From the human T2T-CHM13v2.0 reference genome, Homo sapiens: DNA of 64,000 nt. The DNA lies in NCBI RefSeq assembly GCF_009914755.1, contig NC_060925.1; one strand, given 5' to 3'. The notes below the pieces were generated by a model, which was not told where the DNA came from, ran no database searches, and saw only the letters and a program-made list of their open reading frames with translations. Positions 26,376 through 38,895 of this stretch are shown here, in pieces (the stretch's first letter is position 1; each line of letters starts with the position of its first letter). A program made the translations under genes and the position numbers.

Positions 26376-26980
26376 GTAAACAGAGTAAACAGACAACCTA
26401 CAGAATGGGAGAAATTTTTTGCAAAGTATACATATATATATATATATACACACACGGGACTATATATATGACAGTATATATATGGGAGTATATGTATATA
26501 CTTAATATATACACATATATGTATATATACATATGTGTATATATACTTAATATATATACATATGTGTGTATATATACTTAATATATATACATATATATAT
26601 ATGAGTTTATTAAGTATTAACTTACACAAACATGGGGTCCCACAGTAGGCTGTCTGCAAGCTGAGGAGCAAGAAGAGTCAATTTGAGTCCCAAAACTGAA
26701 GAACTTGGAGTCCAACCTTCAAGGGCAGAAAGCATCCAGCACAGAAGAAAGATGTAGGCTGGGAGGCTAGGCCAGTCTCTCCTTTTCATATTTTTCTGCC
26801 TGCTTTATATTCACTCACAGCTGATTAGATTGTGCCCACCAGATTAAGAGTGGATCTGTCTTCCCTTCACCACTGACTCAAATGTTAATCTCTTTTGGCA
26901 ACACCCTCACAGACACACCCAGGATCAATACTTTGTATCCTTCAATCCAATCAAGTTGACACTTAGTATTAACCATCATG
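26288..26980 (-). mobile_element. MLT2A1 solo LTR with expanded internal (TA)n tract
   Basis: gatgtaggctgggaggctaggccagtctctcc diagnostic; TSD CTACC (26283-26287 / 26981-26985). Confidence 0.88.
26330..26602. repeat. complex (TA)/(TG)/(CA) microsatellite
   Basis: Directly visible; includes repeated tatacttaatatata units. Confidence 0.9.
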
Positions 26981-27004
26981 CTACCTGTGTCCGAATCTCA
27001 TGGG

Positions 27005-27443
27005 TTTCATATGGAGTCACAAAAGACCTCAGATAGTCAAGGCAATCGTGAGCAAAGAACAAAGATGGAGGCATCACACTTCCTGACTTCAAATGATATT
27101 ACAAAGCTACAGTAGTTGAAACAGTATGGTACTGGCATAAAAAAAGACAGATAAACCAATGAAATAGAATCAACAGCCCAGAAATATACCCATGCATAAA
27201 CAATCAGCTAATCTTTGACAAGGGCAACAAGGATACACAATGTGGAAAGGATAGTTCCTTTAATAAATGGTGTTGGGAAAACTGCATATCATATGCAAAA
27301 GAATGAATTTGGACCTTTATTTTACACTATACACAAAAATAACTCAAAATAGATTAAAGATTTAAACATAAGACCTTAATCTGTAAAATTGCTACATGAA
27401 AACATAGGGAAAAAGTTCCTTGATATTGGTCTTGGTATGGATC
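27005..27443 (+). mobile_element. L1MA/L1MB ORF2 fragment
   Basis: ggaggcatcacacttcctgacttcaaa...cagtatggtactggcataaaa...aataaatggtgttgggaaaactg. Confidence 0.8.
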
Positions 27444-28911
27444 TTTTTAAAAAAACTTTTATTTTAAGTTCAGAGGTACATGTGCAGGATGTGCAGGTTT
27501 GTTACATAGGTAAAGGTGCATCCTGGGGGCTTGTTATACAGATTATTTCATTAGCCATGTATTAAGCCTAGTGCCCATAGTTGTTTTTCCTGATTCTCTT
27601 CCTCCTCCTACTTCCACCATTCTATAGGCCCCAGTGTGTGTTGCTTCCCTCTGTGTGTCCATGTTTTCTCATCATTGAGCTCCCATTTATAATTGAGAAC
27701 ATGCGGTATTTGGTTTTCTTTCCCTGTGTTAGTTTGCTAGGGATAATGGCCTCCAGCTTTATTTATGTCCCCGCAAAGGACATAATCTCATTTTTTATGG
27801 CTGCATAGTATTCCTGGTGTATATGTACCACATTTTTTTTATCCATTCTATAATTGGTGGGTATTTGGGTTGATTCCATGTCTTTGCTATTGTGAATAGT
27901 GTTGTCATAAACATACATGTGCATGTGTCTTTATAATAGAATGATTTATATTCCTTTGGGTATATACCCAGTAATGGGCTTACTAGGTTAAATGGTATTT
28001 CTGTCTTTAGGTCCTCGAGGACTTGCCACACTGTCTTCCACAATGATTGAACTAATTTACACTCCCACCAACAGTGTATAAGCATTCCTTTTTATTCACA
28101 ACCTCACCAGCATCTGTTAGTCTTTTGACTTTTTAATAATAACCATTCTGACTGGTGTGAGATGGTATCTCATTGTGGTTTTGATTTGCATTTCTCTAAT
28201 AATAGGTGATGTTGAGCTTTTGTTTGTATGATTTTTGGCCACATGTATGTCTTCTTTTGAGAAGTGTCTGTTCATGTCTTTTGTCCACTTTTTGATCATG
28301 TTTTTTTCTTGTAAATTTGTTTATATTCCTTATTGGTGCTGGATATTAGACTTTAGTCAGATGCATAGTTTGCAAAAAATTTCTCCCATTGTGTAGGTTG
28401 TATGTTTATTTTGTTGATAGTTTCTTTTGCTGTGCAGAAACTTTTTAGTTTAATTAAATCCCATTTGTCAATTTTTATTTTTGTTACAATTGCTTATGGC
28501 ATCTTTGTCGTGAAATCTTTGCCAGTGCCTATGTCCTGACTGGTATTGCCTAGGTTGTCATCTAGGGTTCTTATAGTTTTCAGTTTTACATTTAAGTCTT
28601 TAATCCATCTTGAGTTAATTTTTGTATATGGTATAAGGAAGGGGTCCAGTTTCAGTTTTCAGCATTTGGCTAGCCAGTTCTCCCAGCACCATTTACTGAG
28701 TAGTTAATCCTTTCTCCATTGCTTGTTTTTGTCAGGTTTGTCAAAGATCAGATGGTTGTAGCTGTGCAGTCTAATTTCTGGGTTCTCTATTCTCTTCCAT
28801 TGGTCTATGTGTTTGTCCTTGTATCAGTACTATGCTGTTTTGGTTGCTGTAGCCTAGTTGTTGCATAGTTTGAAGTCAGGTAGCATGATGCCTCCAGCTT
28901 TGTTCTTTTTA

Positions 28912-29168
28912 TTATTATTATACTTTAAGTTTTAGGGTACATGTGCACAATGTGCAGGTTTGTTACATATGTATACATATGCCATGTTGGTGTGCTGCAC
29001 CCATCAACTTGTCATTTAGCATTAGGTATATCTCCCAATGCTATCCCTCCCCGCTCCTCCACCCCACAACAGTCCCCGGTGTGTGATGTTCCCCTTCCTG
29101 TGTCCATGTGTTCTCACTGTTCAACTCCCACCTATAAGTGAGAACATGCTGTGTTTGGTTTTTTGTCC
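28912..29168 (-). mobile_element. younger L1PA (about PA3-5) 3' fragment nested in older L1
   Basis: tagcattaggtatatctcccaatgc; perfect 11-bp TSD tgttcttttta (28901-28911 / 29169-29179). Confidence 0.9.
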
Positions 29169-29263
29169 TGTTCTTTTTACTTAGGATTGCCTTGGCTTTT
29201 CGGGCTCTTTTTTGGTGTCATATGAATTTTAAAATAGTTTTCTCTAGTTCTATGAAGAATGTC

Positions 29264-29353
29264 AATGGTAGTTTAATGGAAATAGTTTAATGGTAGCTTA
29301 ATGGGAATAACAGTTTAATAGGAATAGTTTAATGGTAGTTTAATGGGAATAGC
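29264..29353. repeat. local tandem expansion of (agtttaatgg(t/gaat))n within L1 ORF2
   Basis: About 6-7 imperfect copies. Confidence 0.8.
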
Positions 29354-32300
29354 ATTGAATCTATAAATTGCTGTGGGCAGTATGACTATTTTTGTGATAT
29401 TAATTCTTCCTATCCATGAGCATAAAATATTTTTATTTGTTTGTGTCATCCTTGATTTCTTTGAGCAATGGTTTGTAGTTCTCCTTGTAGAGATCTTTCA
29501 CCTCTTTTGTTACTTGTATTCCTAGGTATTTTATTCTTTTTGTGGCAATTGTGAATGGGAGTTTAATCATTCAAGCTCTCAGCTTGACTGTTGTTGGTGT
29601 ATAAGAATGCCAGCAATTTTTGCACATTGATTTTGTATCCTGAGACTTGGCTGAAGTTTCTTGTCAGCTTAAAAAGCTTTTGTGGGGAGACACTGGGGTT
29701 TTCTAGATATAGGATCATATCATAAGGAAACAAGGATAGTTTGACTTCCTCTCTTTTTATTTGAATGCCCTTTATTTCTATCTCTTTCCTGATTGGCCTG
29801 GCCAGAACTCCCAACACTATGTTAAATAGGAGTGGTGAGAGAGGGCATCCTTGTCTTGTGCTAGTATTCAAGGCAAATGCTTTCAGCTTTTGCCCATTCA
29901 GTATGATGTTGGCTGTGGGTTTGTCATATATGGCTCTTATTATTTTGAGGTATACTCCTTCAATACCTAGTTTATCAGGAGTTTTTACATGAAGGGATGT
30001 TGAATTTTATTGAAAGCTGTTTTGGCGTCTATTGAGATAATCATGTGGTTTTTGTCTTTAGTTATGTTTATGTGATGAATCACATTTATTGATTTGTGTA
30101 TGTTAAACCAATCTTGTATCCCGGGGATGAAGCCTACTTGATCGTGGTGGATAAGCTTTTTGATGTGCTGCTGGTTTTGGTTTTCCAGTATTTTGTTGAG
30201 GATTTTTGCATTGATGTTCATCAAGGATATTGCCCTGGAGTTTTCTTTTTTTGTTGTGTATCTGACAGGTTTTGGTATCAGGATGATGCTTGCCTGATAG
30301 AATGGGTTAGGGAGGAGTCCTTCATTTTTAAATTTTTGGAATAGTTTCAGTAGGAATTGTACCAGCTCTTTGTACATCTGGTAGAATTCATCTGTGAATA
30401 TGTCTGGTGCTGTGCTTTTCTTTTTCTTCTTTGGTTGGTAGGCTATTTATTACTGCCTCAATTTCAGAACTTGTTATTGATCTGTTCATGGATTCAATTT
30501 CTTCCTGGCTCAGGCTTGGGAGGGTGTTTGTGTCCAGGAATTTATCTGTCTCTTCTAGGTTTTCTAGTTTGTTTACATAGGGATGTTCATAGCAGTTTCT
30601 GATGGTTCCTTTTATTTCTGTGGGGGTCAGTAGTAAGATTCCTTTTGTTATTTCTAAGTGTGTTTATTTGCATAGTCCCCTTTCTTCTTTATTAGCCTAC
30701 CTAATGGCCTATTTTATTAATTTTTTCAAAAAAACAACTGCTGGGTTTTTTTATCTTTTAAATAATTTTTCATGTCTCAATCTCCTTTACTTCAGCTCTG
30801 ATTTTTGTTATTTCTCATCTTCTAGCTTTGGGTTTGATTTGTTCTTCCATCTCTAATTCTTTCCATTGTGAAGTTAGGTTAATTTGACATCTTTCTAATT
30901 TTTTGATGTGGGCATTTAGTGCTATTAATTGCCATCTTCACACTACCTTAGCTGTGTCCCAGAGATTCTGGTATGTTGTACCTTTGTTCTCATTAGTTTC
31001 AAAGAACTTCTTGATTTCTGCCTTAATTTCATTCAAAGGACCTTCAGGAGCAGGTTACTCAATTTCCAAGTAATTTGTATGGTTTTGAGTGAAGTTTTTA
31101 GTCCTAAGTTCTAATTTGATTGGATTGCACCATGGTCCAAGAGACTGTTATGATTTCAGTTCTTTTGCATTTGCTGAGGAGTGTTTTACCTATGATTATG
31201 TGATCAATTTTAGAATAAGTGACATGGCAATGGGAAGAAGTATATTCTGTTGTTTTGGGGTACAGAGTTCTGTAGATACCTATCAGGTTCCTTTGATTCA
31301 GAGCTGAATTGAGGTCCTGAATATCTTTGTTAATTTTCTGTCTCATTGATCTGTCTAATATTTTCAGTGGGATAGTAAAGTCTCTCACTATTATTATGTG
31401 GGTGTTTAAGTCTCTTTGAAGGTCTCTAAGAACCTGCTTTATGAATCTGGGTGCTCTTGTATTGGGTGCATATGTATTTAGGATAGTTAGCTCTTCTTGT
31501 TGAATGAAACTCTTTACCATTATGTAATGCCCTTCTTTGTCTCTTTTGATCTCTGTTGGTATAAAGTCTATTTTGTCAGAAACTAGGATTGCAGCCCTTG
31601 CTTTTTTCTGTTTTCCATTTGCTTGGTAAATTTTCCTCCATTCCTTTATTTTGAGCCTATATGTCTTTACATGTGAGATGGGTCTCTCGAAGACAGCATA
31701 CCAATGGGTCCTGGTTCTTTATCCAGCTTTCTACTCTGTGTCTTTTAATTGGGGCATTTAACCTATTTACATTTAAGGTTAGTATTATTATGTATGGATT
31801 TGATCCTGTCATTTTGGTGCTAGCTGGTTATTTTGCAAACTTGTTTATGTGGATGCTTCATAATGTCACTGGTCTGTGTACTTCAGTTTGTTTCTGTAGT
31901 GGCTGGTAATGATTTTTCCTTTCCATATTTGGTGCTCCCTTGAGGAGCTCTTTTAAGGCAGGTCTGGTGGTAATGAATTCCCTCAGCATTTGCTTCTCTG
32001 AAAAGGATCTTATCTCTTTTTTGCTTATAAAGCTTGATTTGGCCAGATATGAAGATTTCCTGAGGTCATTGTAGATTTGAGGATGGTCTTTGTATATGTT
32101 TGTGTGCATGATTGTGTGAGTGTGTTTGTGGAGATGTAGGTGGTGCTTCTTGATTACTGTATGTTGTCATGGTTACCACTAAGGCCCTTTTCACATATTC
32201 TGTTTAATCAATCTCTGAGAGATTTATTAGTGCTAAGCAAACTATCAAGAGATTGTTTTGAAATTTGGAAAGTTAATATTGCTTTACAATAGGGGATATT

Positions 32301-33367
32301 TTTGGCTCACTACATTTGAGGTTTCTCTGTGGCTGTATCTACTTAGGAAACTAAATGGCATAAGCAAATATAGCGTGAAAATCAGACTTAGAGCAAAAAG
32401 AATAAATGTTCTTTGGAAATGACTTTGACCAATGAATATTAGCCTGTTAAAGTCTCATTCTGTTTTCTAGATTTTTTTTTGATTACATAATTTGGATTTT
32501 TAAAAAAGAAAACTAGACTATGTTATTCACTGGACATGGCTTAGGAAACTGATAAAATAATGTCCTCTAACTTTCCTTTTTGTAGTGCCTGCATTGGCCC
32601 AAAATTCAACTCTTATTTTAGTTTTCTACCTCACTGCAATACCTTCTGAACATCTTTACAATGTCAGCATCCAATTTCACAGTGAGTACCTTTTCAATGG
32701 ACTGTCTCTTAATTGCTTCTAGAATGTTTTCTAGGTGCCAAATGATCTTATTTATTTTGTGTGAATTACTTTTAGTCTCAGAGAATGTGTCCTTTTTATG
32801 TTCTTGATCTTTCTGTTTTCTAATTTTTAGGATCCAGAGTTAAGAATATAATAGAAGAGTATTTTACTCTTGGACCTTAAATGGTCACTGTCTACTCTCT
32901 AGATGAGGTATAATGCACATCTTTCTTAAAGCTGGCAGTGTATTTATATGCACATTTTACATAACCATTGCAATTATCTTATAACCCATAATCTAGACTC
33001 AAAAATGAAAGTTCATTCTGTAACCATATAAAACATTTTGTTTTAGCATATGCACTAAAAACCACAGACTTTTAAATTCTGTTCTTTTCTTTTCTAAGTG
33101 CTCTCATCTACAATAAAATCTGATTTAGGTGGTGATTTAGGAGAATGGAAACTATTAAAGTAAAACCAACCAGCAACTAAAAATATTTTATAGAGGAAAG
33201 GTAAGAATTCCTTAATGGTTTCTGATTATAAGCACCTTTAGAATAGTTCATAATGCTACATATAAAATTAAAGAATCATAGTAGTTTTCCTAAATGATTC
33301 AACAGATAGATGTTTTCTTTTAGCTTGGCAGACGGAATTTTCTTCCAGAATTCACATTTAAAACTAC

Positions 33368-33654
33368 TTTTTTCTTTGAACAGAGTCTTGCTCTGTTGCC
33401 CAGGCTTGAGTGTAGTAGTAGCATGATCTCAGTTCACTCCAGCTGTGACCTCCTGAGTTCAAGTAATCCTCTTGCCTCAGCCTCCCAAGTAGCTGGGACC
33501 ACAAGTGTGCAAGACCATGCCCGAATAATTTTACATTTTTTATAGAGATCAGGTCTCACCATGTTGCTCATCTCAAACTCCTGGGCTGAAGGGATCCTTT
33601 TGCCTTGGCCTCCCAAAGTGCTGAGATTATAGGTGTGAACCCCTGCACCCAGCC
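33368..33654 (-). mobile_element. AluJ
   Basis: Dimeric Alu, ctcctgggctgaagggatcc; TSD taaaacta. Confidence 0.9.
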
Positions 33655-34162
33655 TAAAACTAAAACATTTTCTTTAACACTCAACCTGAGTTCGATCAAC
33701 CATTTTGAAATCCTAAAAACAAACAACAATAACAACAAAAAAAGAAGGGCCATCAAAGTCTTATTGGGCTGACATAGCTCTAATATTGTTATAAACATGT
33801 ACTATACACACACTACACATACCGTGGACACTTATACATCTTTTTTCAGATGCCCATATTTTTTTATTTGGTTTTACTGTATAATAAAAACACTCAGGAC
33901 ACACAACCCCTCCCCACAATAAAACACCATTTCTCATTTTAAATGATTATATTTACAGGTGCTTTGGCCCCTAAAAAGTCATGAGTTGTTATGAACTTTA
34001 TAAGAAGTAATATGTGAAAAATCCTCCAGAATATTAGTCGTTACGGTATATTCTCAAGCTCAGTGCTTCCAAATCTGGCTATCAGATTCCCTTTAAATGT
34101 TTACTTTTAAAAATGCTCTCCAGGTGATTCTGATGATCAGCTAGAAAGGGGAACAACTTCTT

Positions 34163-34352
34163 TTAAAATTTAATTTAATTTTAAGTTCCAGGATGCACGT
34201 GCAGGACATGCAGTTTTGTTACATAGGTAAACGTGTGCCATGGTGGTTTGCTGCATCTATTAACCCAACACCTAGGTATTAAGCTCCACATGCATTAGCT
34301 ATTTATCCTGATGCTCTCCCTCTCCCCACACCTCCAACATGTCCCAGTGTGT
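34163..34352 (-). mobile_element. L1PA (about PA8-10) 3' fragment
   Basis: TSD ggggaacaacttctt / ggggaaaaacttctt; antisense L1 3'UTR. Confidence 0.88.
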
Positions 34353-34805
34353 GGGGAAAAACTTCTTAAGTCCCACTCCCAAGGAATAAACTGACTGGAG
34401 ATGTCAGGACACTGTGGGATGTGTATTTGATCTAAACACGTTCCCTACTGCCTTCCTTCAGTTATAAAGTCTTATTCTTGTAAAGACAGCATCGTAACAT
34501 TAATTATCTTTTCTGGTTACTCTTTATCTGTAAGTGATATATCAGATGCTGTTGAGCATTATCCAAATGTAAGGGAAGTATTATTATCACCACCTTAAGG
34601 CTAGGTTGTTGAGGTTCAGGGAGAATAACTTTCTCAAAGGAACTGTCATTGAGTAAGTCAATTCGGTTAACTTAAGGGTGATTATTAACTCACTAATGAG
34701 AGTGATCAGGAGTAACTGAAGCATCTTCAAGTCCTGTCATCAAGAGTCACCTTCCAAAATGAAAGATGCACAGGCCCTTTTATTTAAAAAGTCTTTAGAA
34801 AATTT

Positions 34806-34806
<1 letters not shown>

Positions 34807-34840
<34 letters not shown>
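34807..34840. repeat. (CA)17 microsatellite
   Basis: Directly visible. Confidence 0.97.
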
Positions 34841-34843
<3 letters not shown>

Positions 34844-35671
34844 TCATTTGTAAAAACCTGAGAACAAATGGTTTTAAAACTTTTATTCAGTAGAATAATT
34901 TATTTATGCGATTGAACAACAACTTTAAAGGATTTTCCAGACCTTATTTTCTCCAAACCTTAAATATTTTAGTTCATCCTATGAAGAAGCATTTGCTTTT
35001 TAAAAAGGCTGAAGGTTTGAGTAACACTTTGCTTTGATCCCATTTTCTGCCTGGGGAAGAGCATTTCTTATCTATCATTTGATGCATAAAATTTTATTGT
35101 TACTCCAGAGTTAGAGGAGGAGAAAAATAACCGAGGACAACTTCAATTTGCAGAGTACCCAAGGGCTGGGAAGAAGAAGATATAAGATGATTCTAGACTT
35201 GAACATTATATTTTATGTTCAAAGTATCCTCAAGATACTATGAATTTGTTTACACACTTAGCTTAACTTTGAAAGGACAACCTTAAATCAAGAAAACAGT
35301 TTTAATTTTACTGTGCCTAGTTCAAAGCAATGTCTCAGAGTCAGCTATAATTTGAGCAAAACAGTAATAGTTACAGCAGGTGCAGGTTTTCCTTCAGCCT
35401 GACCAGGGTCTTGTTGTCTGCAAGTTACTGAATCACTCTTGTCAATAAGACCAGTCATCCCTGTCTTACAATAGAAATTCCAAAAATCAATGCATCACAC
35501 ATTACTTCCTTTGAAAGCAGCACTGAAGATCTGTCAGTCAATAGCAACTACAACAGAAACCGTTCACGTCACCTGTTTCTCCCCACCCTCTCCATCTCTC
35601 ATAGCCTGAAGAGAAGAAGCCTTGGTTAGTGGCTCCTCAGTGAGCTCTGCTTATCTGCCAACTGGCTGTAA

Positions 35672-37100
35672 CAATAGTCAGTAAATACTTACTGAATATT
35701 AATAATGAGCCTGGCATTGTGCCAGCTGTTGGCTTCCATCTCATGTCCTTTTCATTTGTCATTGTCTATCACTACACTGTAAGTACCACAACAGATGGAA
35801 ACTTCTCTGTTTTGTTATTAGTGTATCCTCACAATATTTGTTAAATGAGTGAGAGACTCAGGATACAAAGGTGGAATAAAAGCAGACGTGGTTCCTGCTC
35901 TCATAGGATGCTCGTAGTTTAGTGACGGAAATAGACGTTAATCAAAGAGTCTTACAAATGAATGAAAATTTACAACTATGATAAATGTGGAGATGAGAGA
36001 CTTAAGAAAGAGATAATTGACCACAAAATGAAGGTCACACTAGGATTCCTGATAAGGGGCAACACGGTGAGATAAACTCTGAAAGAAGAGGTAAAAGAGG
36101 AATGATATGGGTAGGGAGATTGTTTGAGTCCAAGGAAGTTGACTCAAGGCCACATTGCTGAAGGGAACATGCTTATTCAAGTAAAAAAGCCAGTGTGGTG
36201 GTGTAGCAGAGGGAAAGTGAAAGGATGGTCTTCAGATGAGGCTGGGTAGGCAGGTGGGATCCAGACAAAGGCGGGAACCTATAGACAATGTCAAGCATTT
36301 GGATCTTTAGCTTGAGATTGACTGGAAGCCCCTAGATGAGTTTTAATCAGTAATAAAATGAGCAGATTTGCACTTTGTAAAAGATCACTCTGCATTGTAG
36401 AGAATGGACAAGTCATGGTTTAAATGGAAAAATTATTGCCACAATTCATTCAAGAGATGTGGTCAGCTTGGATTAGGATACAACAGAGGAGATATAATGC
36501 AGTGAAAAGATTTGGAAGATATTTTGGAAGTCAAATTGACAAGGTATGGTTTTAGAGTCAATATCAGGAGTGAGAAAGAGGGAGGAGTCAGGGATGACTC
36601 CTAGATTTCTGGCTTGCTTACCAGAATGGAAGCTCATATTGTTCACTGATAATGGTCACACCAGAAGAAAACCAGGTATGGAGCTGTAGTGTGGGGCTGG
36701 ATGCAATGAGTTCAGTTTTTCGTTATGCTGTGCCTAAGTGCCTTTGAGATAGCAAAGCAGGGACATTTAGTAGAAAATTGGTATAAGTGGTTATATGAAT
36801 CTAGAAGTCCCAGGAAAGGTCTGTGCCAGAGAAATATTAACAAGTGTGACTCTTGTGTAAATAGATGAAAATTGAAACCATTGGTATGGATATAATTGCC
36901 TGAATATAGAAATTGAAAAGAGAGACAGGTTAAGACAGAAATTTGAGAAAGTTTCATCATTTAATGCAATGTAATTATTGAATAACGAAGAATGATTGTG
37001 TAAATTAGAGAAAGAAGAAACTGCAGAGACTAGAAGTAAACCAGGAGATGGTTGTGTGATGAAAACCAAGGGAAGTTTCACCCATATCAAAAGCTGTGGA
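35672..37100 (-). mobile_element. L2 (long antisense fragment, with a small sense L2 piece at about 35740-35850)
   Basis: gtaaatacttactga...cctggcattgtgc; agtcagggatgactcctagatttctggcttg; tgagttcagttttt. Confidence 0.75.
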
Positions 37101-37659
37101 GAGATGGAAAACAATCATATATCTGTTTTCCCAACATGTAACTTATGTTCACTATTGTACCCAGAGTAACTAACAAAGTTGGACTAATAGTTGGATTTTA
37201 ACAAATAATTTTGGAATTAATGAATAAATGTTCAACACAAGATATGAAATCTTAGAGGAAGACATAGGCCATCAAGGGAAAATGGGAGAAGTCATCATAA
37301 AATGTGGGAGTTGGGAGAAAAGTGATGATTTCCACAAACATATCCATCATGTTATTTGTGGTCAATTATTAGGGTTAGACTTAAAACCCTGACTAGATCA
37401 CCTTTCCTCTACAGTATGTGGATATGATGGTAAATTTCTGAAAAGACAAGCTGGTCAAGAATATGAGTGGAATCCTACATCATTGCGGAAGACTTACAGA
37501 AAAAACAAGGCACAGGTGTGCAAGGCTGACCTTTATGGAGCACTTTTTGACTTTGATCCTTAGGGATTTCATCGCTTCTGCTCTGTAGCCATTTTGAGTT
37601 ATAGGTTTCAGAATGAAATAAAATGTTGCTGCTTTGGCTAAATATGCATTTATTTTAAT

Positions 37660-38083
37660 TACTCTACCAAAGACTTAAATTCCACATGGTATACACTGTC
37701 TATAATAATGCCCAAATGTCACCAGCTTAGCCCAGTGGAACTTAAGTCTCATTCATGCAGCATTTCTGTGCAAGTGTTTGGTGGGTGGCTCTCCCTGGGG
37801 TGATTTATGAACTCTATCTGGTGGCTGCACTGTCTTTTGGAGCTGTGGAGGCCTATGCTGAATTCTCTGCTTCCAGCCAGCCAGAGAGTGGAAAGGGAGC
37901 ATTATGAAATATTTTTCGGGTGCTGGGCTAGAAGTAGCATCCATCTCTTCTGCTCATATTCCATCAATTAGAACACAGTCATGTGGCTACACTTTATTGC
38001 CAGGGAGGCTGGAGAATTTGTCTGGCCATGTACCTGAGTGGAAAGGAAAATAGATTTGTTAAACCTGTCTACCTCTCTCCACA
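37660..38083 (-). mobile_element. old MaLR LTR (MLT1J/K-like)
   Basis: tctgctcatattccat...agtcatgtggctacac...gggaggctggagaatt...ctccaca. Confidence 0.65.
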
Positions 38084-38448
38084 GGGCCTTTTCCTCTATG
38101 TCCTGCTAGTTTAAGGGACTAATTAAGCCCTGTTACCTTCCTTGTCAGAGAATTATCTTTCTTTGTTTAACATATTTGCTTTAAACTGTTTCTGCCTGTC
38201 TTAACTTTTACTTGAATGCCTTCTCTCCTCAAGGAAGAGAAAAACATGACTTAGGGCTGATTTCCCAGGATTGTCTCATGATTATCTTGTAGCCAAGAGG
38301 ACCCAACATCTGGCAATCAAGTAGCCAAAACTACTTTTCTCTGGCTTTACCTTTGGAGTTACTTTAAAAAAAGTGTTTTTATAAGTTCTACTTCAACAAC
38401 GTTTTGGGGAAAGTGCTTACAGTTTAACAGTTTAGCTTTTGTTAGAAA

Positions 38449-38609
38449 CAGTTGTTTTCCAACCTTAGGAGGCATGTAAATCACCTGGTGAGCTGGCCCC
38501 ATCCCCAGACCTTCTGATTCTCTAGGTCCGAATGAGAATTTGCATTTCTAATAAATTCCCAAGTGATCCTCATATTGCTGGTTCAGGGATTACACTTTGA
38601 AAATCGTTG
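38449..38609. mobile_element. MER5A-like hAT-Charlie MITE
   Basis: aatcacctgg...ccccatccccaga...gagaatttgcatttctaataaattccca...cactttgaaaatc. Confidence 0.75.
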
Positions 38610-38739
38610 CTCCAAAATAAACTCTAAAATAAATTTTTTTATTTTATTTTTAAAGAGTACATCCTATTTTCCTAAACCTGAAATTTAATTCATATGGGAA
38701 GATAACACAGTAGACAATACATTTTAAGATCAGGAAAAA

Positions 38740-38895
38740 ACTTAGAGATAGAAAATTGTAATCTTTGCTTTGAGCCAGCCAATTTTCAGCCAGCAATATG
38801 AAACTAGGCAAGCCATTTTACCTTTCAGATTTTCCATTTCTTTATAAACTAATGATAATAACATCTACTTTGCCTGGGACATGAGATTTTTGTGC
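38740..38895 (+). mobile_element. MIR
   Basis: ggcaagccattttacctt...tgataataacatctac. Confidence 0.5.

Larger units (their letters stand above)
27444..32054 (-). mobile_element. L1PA (about PA12-15), 5'-truncated, from ORF1 3' end to 3'UTR
   Basis: Minus-strand ORFs [38 protein letters not shown] and KQMLREFITTRPALKELLK. Confidence 0.92.

Noticed and set aside
26234-26671. Y/I-rich ORFs
   Set aside because: (TA)n microsatellite translation.
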